Source of the DNA: Candidatus Marinacidobacterium sp.
GTDB taxonomy: Bacteria; Acidobacteriota; Vicinamibacteria; Marinacidobacterales; Marinacidobacteraceae
Assembly (NCBI GenBank): GCA_965220965.1
Contig: OZ244852.1
Location: 1,632,001-1,696,000, forward strand
Direction of reading: 5' to 3'
DNA: 64,000 bases
Shown here piece after piece: positions 32,258 to 38,391 of the stretch. A program made the position numbers and the translations under genes. The stretch's first letter is position 1; each line of letters opens with the position of its first letter. The notes below the pieces were generated by a model. The model was not told where the DNA came from. It did no database searches and saw only the letters and a program-made list of their open reading frames with translations.

Positions 32258-32701
32258 GTGTGCCTGATTATCGACACGAACCGCATCGGCACATTCCTGG
32301 CGAGTCCCCCGCACCCCGACACCCTCCCCATCCATCGGTGGTTGACGAAGCAAGGCGGGATGATCGTGTACTCAGTTGCGGGGGAATTTGGGGAGGAACT
32401 GTCCAGCACGGCGAAGTCCCGTCTGTTCGCGCTCTCCCAGGCGGGTCGCGCGCGCCTCGTTCCCGCTGGCCGCGTCACAGATGAGCTCGAGCGCCTTCAG
32501 CAGAGCCCGGAATTGCAGTCCGACGACCCGCACGTGCTGGCGCTCGCCCGGGCCAGCGGCACGCGTCTTCTCTACACCGGGGACAGGAAGCTCATGGATG
32601 ACTTCCGGGACAAGCGGATCATCGACAACCCGAGGGGCAAGATCTACTCCGGTCAGCAGAACCATCGCCTGCTGACGGCGACGACCTGCACCGCGAAGTA
32701 A
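32258..32701 (+). CDS. PIN-domain-like protein
   Basis: MCLIIDTN, SDDPHVLALA, LLYTGDRKL acidic pattern typical of PIN nucleases; SD GAGAGG, 13 nt after ATPase stop. Confidence 0.7.
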   Translation: MCLIIDTNRIGTFLASPPHPDTLPIHRWLTKQGGMIVYSVAGEFGEELSSTAKSRLFALSQAGRARLVPAGRVTDELERLQQSPELQSDDPHVLALARASGTRLLYTGDRKLMDDFRDKRIIDNPRGKIYSGQQNHRLLTATTCTAK

Positions 32702-32929
32702 CCGGGCGAAACGGTCACGCCGCCGCGCGGCGGGAGAGGAGGGCTGCTCGCCCGGTGTTCGCCTCGGCTGCGCCCGTCCCGGCGTCCGTCGACGCCTGAA
32801 ATCAGGGGTCGCCGGCGGGAGGAGAGTGAGCGCGGGCGGGCCAGCGTCCCCGGCGACTCGCGACGGACCGGCTGAAGTGGAACCAGTCTTGCGACGGAAC
32901 GTAATTCGGGGAAAGACGGGAGGACGACG

Positions 32930-34141
32930 ATGCGCCATAGCGGAAGCAGGAAATACCGGTCCACGCATCCGTGGATCCGCTTTCCCGAGGATGTGCAGGC
33001 TCCTCCCCTCGTCTGGTCCCTCCTCGGACAGGTGGTCGCGAGATCGGAGACCCTGGCGCGAATGCCGCTGCCTCCCGAGGCCTCGAGGGAGCTTCACACG
33101 CTCTGGCTGGTGAAGGCCGTGCGCGCCTCCGCCGCGATCGGGGGCGAGACCCTGAGCGAGTCCGAGGTCCGGGCGCGAGTCGAGGGAGGCGAGAAACCGC
33201 CGCCGTCGCGGGCGCACCTTGGAGTCGAAGTCGACGGACTGCTCGATGCGCACAACAACGTCCGCGTCGCGCTCCTGACGGACGAACACCTGACGCTGAG
33301 CCGTGAGCGTCTCAGCGAGTGGAACCGCCTGATGCTCGAAGGGCTGGAGGCCTATATCGCCGAGGAGGCCATTGCCGGCGAGCTCCGGCGTTTCGACATC
33401 ACCCCGGGCAACTACCGCGGAGCGCCCGCCAGGGACTGCCGTTATCTGCTCGACCGGTTCACCGAATGGATCGAGACGGATCTGGGTGTCGGGAAGACGG
33501 AGGACCGCCAGAGCCTCGACATCCTCCGGGGGCTGCTCGCCCACGTCTACCTCGTGTGGATCCAGCCCTTTGGCGACGGGAACGGGCCGACCGCCCGTCT
33601 CGCCGAGTTCTTCTTTCTTCTTCGCTCCGGGCTCCCCTCACCGAGTTGCCATCTGCTCACGGACCACTACTACCGGACCCGAGACGAGTACTACCGGCGA
33701 CTGGACCGTTCCACGACGGCCGGCTTCGGCCGCGGTGATCCGTGGCGGTTCGTCACTTACGCCCTCGAAGGCCTCGTGGACGGTCTGAAGGAGCAGGCCA
33801 CAGCCGTGGAGCGCATCCAGATCCAACTCGCATGGCCCGGCTTCGTTCGCGAACAGGTCGGGGGCCGCCAGGCGGCGAGGCGGGAGCGCCGCGTGCTTCT
33901 CGCCGCCACGATCGCCAAGGCCGAAGCAGGCGCCTCCCGATCCCGACTGCTGCGTCATCCGGACCTGGCGCACGCCTACGCGCGTGGGAGGGGCAAGACC
34001 CTGACGAGGGACCTGAACCGGCTCATCGACCGGGAGCTGGTGGAGAAGTCCGACGCCGGCTACCGCGCCCGCACCGACCGACTCCGGGCGCTGCGCCCGC
34101 GGCGCGGCGCCGGAACGGCGCGGGGCCAGCCCGACTCCTGA
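32930..34141 (+). CDS. Fic-family protein paralog with degenerate catalytic motif and C-terminal HTH
   Basis: WIQPFGDGNGPTAR instead of HPFxDGNGRxxR; SAAIGGE instead of (S/T)xxxEGN; KTLTRDLNRLIDRELV HTH-like; aligns end to end with 34423..35652. Confidence 0.88.
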   Translation: MRHSGSRKYRSTHPWIRFPEDVQAPPLVWSLLGQVVARSETLARMPLPPEASRELHTLWLVKAVRASAAIGGETLSESEVRARVEGGEKPPPSRAHLGVEVDGLLDAHNNVRVALLTDEHLTLSRERLSEWNRLMLEGLEAYIAEEAIAGELRRFDITPGNYRGAPARDCRYLLDRFTEWIETDLGVGKTEDRQSLDILRGLLAHVYLVWIQPFGDGNGPTARLAEFFFLLRSGLPSPSCHLLTDHYYRTRDEYYRRLDRSTTAGFGRGDPWRFVTYALEGLVDGLKEQATAVERIQIQLAWPGFVREQVGGRQAARRERRVLLAATIAKAEAGASRSRLLRHPDLAHAYARGRGKTLTRDLNRLIDRELVEKSDAGYRARTDRLRALRPRRGAGTARGQPDS

Positions 34142-34173
34142 GAACCGCCCGCGACGGCCGAAGGGCGGGAGTC

Positions 34174-34409
34174 TTGACGGACATCCATGTCCGACAAACC
34201 GGATTGACGGACATATGTCGCGTAATGTGGCCGACAACGGAACTTGTCGGCCACCGATGGCCGACAAACAGGCGCCGGGCGCGTCCGTATCGATGAAGGG
34301 GACATCTGAAGAGACATGAGTTCGGACGTACAGGACACCTGTCTACGCTGAAATCGTTGAAATACAATAGCTACACTGGAATCCGTTGACGGCGCAAGAG
34401 GGGACATCT
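34174..34409. repeat. Intergenic array of GACA/TGTC direct and inverted repeats
   Basis: TTGACGGACAT at 34174 and 34204; CGGACAT-CC-ATGTCCG 34178-34193; GACATATGTC 34210-34219; GTGGCCGACAA-6nt-TTGTCGGCCAC 34227-34254; TGGCCGACAA at 34228 and 34258; GGGGACATCT at 34298 and 34400. Confidence 0.85.
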
Positions 34410-34422
34410 ACCCGGACACGGC

Positions 34423-35652
34423 ATGGGTCACAACGGAACGAGGAAGTACGAATCCACCCACCCGTGGATCCGGTTCCGGCTGGATCTCGACCGGGCGCCG
34501 CGCCAGGCCTGGGTGCTCCTCGGACAGGCGGTGGCGCGCGCCGAACTGCTTCGAGAGTGCCTCATTCCCCATGAGGTTGCGCGCCGCTTCCATCGGACCT
34601 GGCTGATCAAGGGGGCTCGCGCCACCGCCGCCATCGAGGGCAACACGCTCACCGAGGCCGAAGTCGGGGCGCGCGCCGAGGGCCGGAGGGAGCTTCCTCG
34701 ATCCCGCGCCTACCTCGGCGTGGAAGTGGACAATGTCCTGCGCTCGTTCAACAGAGTTGACTCCGAGATCCTCGAAGGCGGCAATCCCCCACTGAGCCGT
34801 GAGCGGATCCAGGAATGGAACCGATGGACGCTCGACGATCTCGAGGGCCACTTCGCGGAGGGAGCCGACCCGGGCGCGCTCCGGCGGCACTCCGTCGTCG
34901 TCGGCCGATATCGCGGCGCCCCCGCCGAGGATTGCGGCTATCTGCTCGATCGCCTCGCCCGCTGGCTCGAGTCGGACTGGCCGGACGATGGAGCCAACAG
35001 CGAGGACCGGATGGCCGCCGGGATCCTCCGAGGGATCGCGGCCCACCTCTACATCGCCTGGATCCATCCGTTCGGAGACGGCAACGGACGGGTCGCCCGC
35101 CTCGCGGAACTCTTCTTTCTGCTGCGCTCCGGCGTCCCGGGTCCCGCATGCCACCTGCCGAGCAACCACTACTACCGGACGCGGGAGGAGTACTACCGCC
35201 AACTGTGTCGATCCCGGGCCGCCAACCACGGCCGCGGCGACCCCTGGGGCTTCGTGATCTACGCGCTCCAGGGGCTGGTGGACGGGCTTCGGGAACAGGC
35301 TGCGGTCCTGACGCCGATCCAGATCCGCCTCGCCTGGCCCGGATTCGTTCGCGACCGGGTCGGGGGGTCGCCCTCCCTCACGCAGGAGCGCCGGATCCTT
35401 CTCGCCGTCACCCTTGCGGATCACGACGCAGTCATCTCGCGGTCCGGTCTGCTGCGTCACCCGGAGCTCGCGCACATCTACGCCCGCCGGACCGGGAAGA
35501 CCCTGGCCCGCGACCTGAACTGGCTCATCGACCGGGAGCTGGTCGAGCGGACCGAGGGCGGCTATCGCGCCCGCACCGACCAGCTCGGGGCGCTGCGCCC
35601 GGGGGGTGCAGCTTGGCCAACGCCGGACCAGCCGGGTCCGGGAGGCGCGTGA
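34423..35652 (+). CDS. Fic-family protein (class II-type) with C-terminal HTH
   Basis: Intact WIHPFGDGNGRVAR; inhibitory TAAIEGN; KTLARDLNWLIDRELV. Confidence 0.92.
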   Translation: MGHNGTRKYESTHPWIRFRLDLDRAPRQAWVLLGQAVARAELLRECLIPHEVARRFHRTWLIKGARATAAIEGNTLTEAEVGARAEGRRELPRSRAYLGVEVDNVLRSFNRVDSEILEGGNPPLSRERIQEWNRWTLDDLEGHFAEGADPGALRRHSVVVGRYRGAPAEDCGYLLDRLARWLESDWPDDGANSEDRMAAGILRGIAAHLYIAWIHPFGDGNGRVARLAELFFLLRSGVPGPACHLPSNHYYRTREEYYRQLCRSRAANHGRGDPWGFVIYALQGLVDGLREQAAVLTPIQIRLAWPGFVRDRVGGSPSLTQERRILLAVTLADHDAVISRSGLLRHPELAHIYARRTGKTLARDLNWLIDRELVERTEGGYRARTDQLGALRPGGAAWPTPDQPGPGGA

Positions 35653-36767
35653 TGGCCCCTGTGCGCTATCCGATGGGCGGATTCCCGCCCGACGAGCGGA
35701 TCGACTGGCGAGCGTTGATCCCTCTGGTCGGAACGGCCTCAGCGGCCATCGGACGCTACGACGCGATGCTGGCCGCGACGCCGAACTCCGAGGCGCTCCT
35801 CGCTTGCCTGACACTACGGGAGGCCGTGCTCTCATCGCGCATCGAAGGCATCCACGCCACGATGGGGGAGGTGCTGGGGTTCGAGGCCGGCCAGGAACCG
35901 GAGTCGCCGATCCGGAGGGAGGACGTTCGGGAGGTGCTCAATTGCCGGGCTGCTCTCCTGCGGGCCGAAGGGCTTCTGGAGGCGTTGCCGCTTTCGCTTC
36001 GGGTCCTCCGGGAGACCCACAGCATCCTGATGGAGGGGGCGCGCGGAGTTGGGAAGGCTCCGGGCGAATTCCGGAGAACGCCGAACTGGATCGGGCCGCC
36101 AGGATGCAGCATCGAGAACGCCACGTTCGTTCCCATCGGGGCCGACGCGCTGCCCGACGCCATGTCGACCTGGGAGCGCTACATGAACTCCGCGGCGCCG
36201 GACCGGCTGGTGCAGCTCGCGATCCTGCACGCCGAGTTCGAGGCGCTCCACCCGTTTCTCGACGGGAACGGTCGACTGGGACGGATGCTCGTTCCGCTCT
36301 TTCTGTGGCGATGTGGCCTGATCCAGTCCCCCAGGTTCTACATCAGCGCCGCGCTCGTGGCTCGTCGGTACGACTACTACGAGCGACTGCTGGCCGTCTC
36401 CCGGGACGACGACTGGACCGGCTGGCTCCGGTTCTTCCTGGAAGCGGTGCGGATCCAGGCCGAGGACGATCTGGCGAGGGCGCAGGGGATCATCCAGCTC
36501 TACGAGACGATGAAGGTGCGTGTGGCCGACCTCACGCGGTCGCGCCACGCAATCCAGCTCCTGGACTGGATCTTCCGGGTTCCCATCTTCCGGAGTTCCC
36601 AGTTCACGCAGGCGACCGGAATCGCGGCCAAGACCGCGCAACGGCTGCTCCAGCGCCTGACGGAGGCGGAGATTCTGCGGGTGCTCCGGACCCGGCGCGG
36701 CCGGCGTCCAGCCATTTTCGTTTATCCGGAGCTGCTGAACCGGGCCGAGGGACAGAAGGCTTCTTGA
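35652..36767 (+). CDS. Fic/DOC-family protein (Fic_N + Fic + winged HTH)
   Basis: TGATG overlap with upstream stop; EAVLSSRIEG, PGEFRRTPNWIG, FEALHPFLDGNGRLGR; C-terminal KTAQRLLQRLTEAEIL. Confidence 0.93.
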   Translation: MAPVRYPMGGFPPDERIDWRALIPLVGTASAAIGRYDAMLAATPNSEALLACLTLREAVLSSRIEGIHATMGEVLGFEAGQEPESPIRREDVREVLNCRAALLRAEGLLEALPLSLRVLRETHSILMEGARGVGKAPGEFRRTPNWIGPPGCSIENATFVPIGADALPDAMSTWERYMNSAAPDRLVQLAILHAEFEALHPFLDGNGRLGRMLVPLFLWRCGLIQSPRFYISAALVARRYDYYERLLAVSRDDDWTGWLRFFLEAVRIQAEDDLARAQGIIQLYETMKVRVADLTRSRHAIQLLDWIFRVPIFRSSQFTQATGIAAKTAQRLLQRLTEAEILRVLRTRRGRRPAIFVYPELLNRAEGQKAS

Positions 36768-36945
36768 CAGCCATCTGTGTCTGACCAACAGCCGTGAAGG
36801 ACGCACTTGGCAGAATGTGTCCGTCACTATGGTCCGAAGACGGAAATGCCCCGCAGAGAAGCCGCCAGCCCGCCGTTCAGCCCTTCTGAAGTCGACCGCG
36901 AGCAGGCCGAGGTCTGCTCCGGGGCTTGGGCGGCCTGAGGTTCCG

Positions 36946-37062
36946 ATGATCGACTACCGCAACTTCCGCATCGCGCTGGCGCGGCTCGAAGCGCAGCACG
37001 AGAGCCATCTGGCGAAGCGGCGTGGCCTGTCGAACCCAGAGCGGGAACGGCGCTCCATCTGA
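36946..37062 (+). pseudogene. Probable truncated nucleotidyltransferase substrate-binding (HI0074/HEPN-like) gene
   Basis: MIDYRNFRIALARLEAQHESH...* (38 aa) recalls the N-terminus of HI0074-family proteins but stops before the expected IQRFE motif; recognition from memory only. Confidence 0.45.
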
Positions 37063-37093
37063 AGCCTCACACGGACGGACGAACTCACGGACC

Positions 37094-38344
37094 ATGACGG
37101 GCGCTGACTTGCTCCGGCAGTTCCGCGAAGCCCGGAAGGCGACGATGCGGCTCGTGGCGCCACTGGCGGTGGAGGACTTCGTGGCGGCGGCGCCCGACGC
37201 CAGTCCGGTGAAGTGGCATCTCGGCCACACGACCTGGTTCCTCGAGCACTACCTGCTCATCCCGCACGCCGCTCGCCACCAACGCTCGCATCCCGAGTAC
37301 GACGACCTCTTCGATCCCGGCCGTCGGCCTCTCCATCGCAACCGGGGTCTCTGGACGCGGCCCACCGTCGCGGAGGTCCTCGAGTACCGGCGGGTTGTTG
37401 AGGACTTGGTCGGCGAGCTGGTGGAGGCCGGGCTCTCCCCCGTCGCGGAGACCCCGCTCGCCATGGGGATCCACCACGAGGCGCTCCACCAGGAGCTGCT
37501 CCTGACCGAGCTGAAGCGTCTCTTCTGGAAGAACCCGCTCCACCCGGCCTACCGACAGCCCGGTGAAGCGTCCTCGGGGCGGCGGGCCGCCTCCCCCCTT
37601 CGCTTCCTTTCGTTTGCGGGTGGCGAAGTCGGGATCGGTCACGACGGGGACGGTTTCGCGTTCGCGAACGAGCTTCCCCGGCATCGCGCGCTGGTCCATC
37701 CGTTCCAGTTGGCCAGCCGGCTCATCACGAACCGGGAGTTCCAGGAGTTCATCCACGAGGACGGCTACCGGACCCGGTCGCTCTGGCTCGCCGACGGCTG
37801 GGAGGCGCGGGAGCGGTTCGGGTGGGAGGCGCCGCTCTACTGGGAGCGCGACGGCGAGGCCTGGATTGAATTCGGCTTCGAGGGGCTCAGGGCGCTCGAC
37901 CCGGGCGCCCCGGTGGCGCATGTCAGTTTGCACGAGGCCGACGCCTTCGCGCGCTGGCGCGGCGCTCGCCTGCCGACCGAGTTCGAGTGGGAGGCGGCGG
38001 CCGGGGGCGTCGCGGCGGGTGGCGCCTGCCTGGAGAGCGGCCGACTGGCGCCGGCGCCCGCCGACGCCGAGTCCGGCGGACCGGGGAACTCCGCGCCCAC
38101 GCAGCTTCTCGGCGATGTGTGGGAGTGGACCGGGAGCGCGCATCGCCCCTACCCCGGCTACCGGGCGGAAGACCGGGTTCCCGGCGACCCCACGACCGGG
38201 TTCTTCGGCGCCCGCGCCGTCCTGCGCGGCGGATCCTGCCTCACCCCCTCGCTCCTCGCGCGCCGCACGACCCGCCACCACCTCGCGCCGGAGAGCCGTC
38301 TCGCCTGCGCCGGCATCCGTCTCGCCCGCGATCTTCCCGGCTGA
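37094..38344 (+). CDS. EgtB-like sulfoxide synthase homolog (DinB + FGE-sulfatase), divergent
   Basis: PDASPVKWHLGHTTWFLE, RGLWTRPT, HHEALHQELL, RLPTEFEWE, GDVWEWT, VLRGGSC. Confidence 0.85.
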   Translation: MTGADLLRQFREARKATMRLVAPLAVEDFVAAAPDASPVKWHLGHTTWFLEHYLLIPHAARHQRSHPEYDDLFDPGRRPLHRNRGLWTRPTVAEVLEYRRVVEDLVGELVEAGLSPVAETPLAMGIHHEALHQELLLTELKRLFWKNPLHPAYRQPGEASSGRRAASPLRFLSFAGGEVGIGHDGDGFAFANELPRHRALVHPFQLASRLITNREFQEFIHEDGYRTRSLWLADGWEARERFGWEAPLYWERDGEAWIEFGFEGLRALDPGAPVAHVSLHEADAFARWRGARLPTEFEWEAAAGGVAAGGACLESGRLAPAPADAESGGPGNSAPTQLLGDVWEWTGSAHRPYPGYRAEDRVPGDPTTGFFGARAVLRGGSCLTPSLLARRTTRHHLAPESRLACAGIRLARDLPG

Positions 38345-38391
38345 CGGGCGCTCCGCGCCCCGGCGTGGGCCAGTCGACCCGTTGCGGCGGC

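Noticed and set aside
32701-32860. GC-rich hairpins between the PIN-like gene and Fic1 (ACCGGGCGA/TCGCCCGGT; GTCGCCGG/CCGGCGAC)
   Set aside because: Short GC-rich stems with long loops and no U-tract; not distinguishable from background
34174-34409. Possible CRISPR array
   Set aside because: Repeats are only 10-11 bp, heterogeneous, lack a regular repeat-spacer series, and no cas genes are present
34815-36767. 650-aa ORF suggesting an N-terminally extended Fic
   Set aside because: The first part is an alternate frame of Fic2; the real start is the coupled ATG at 35652
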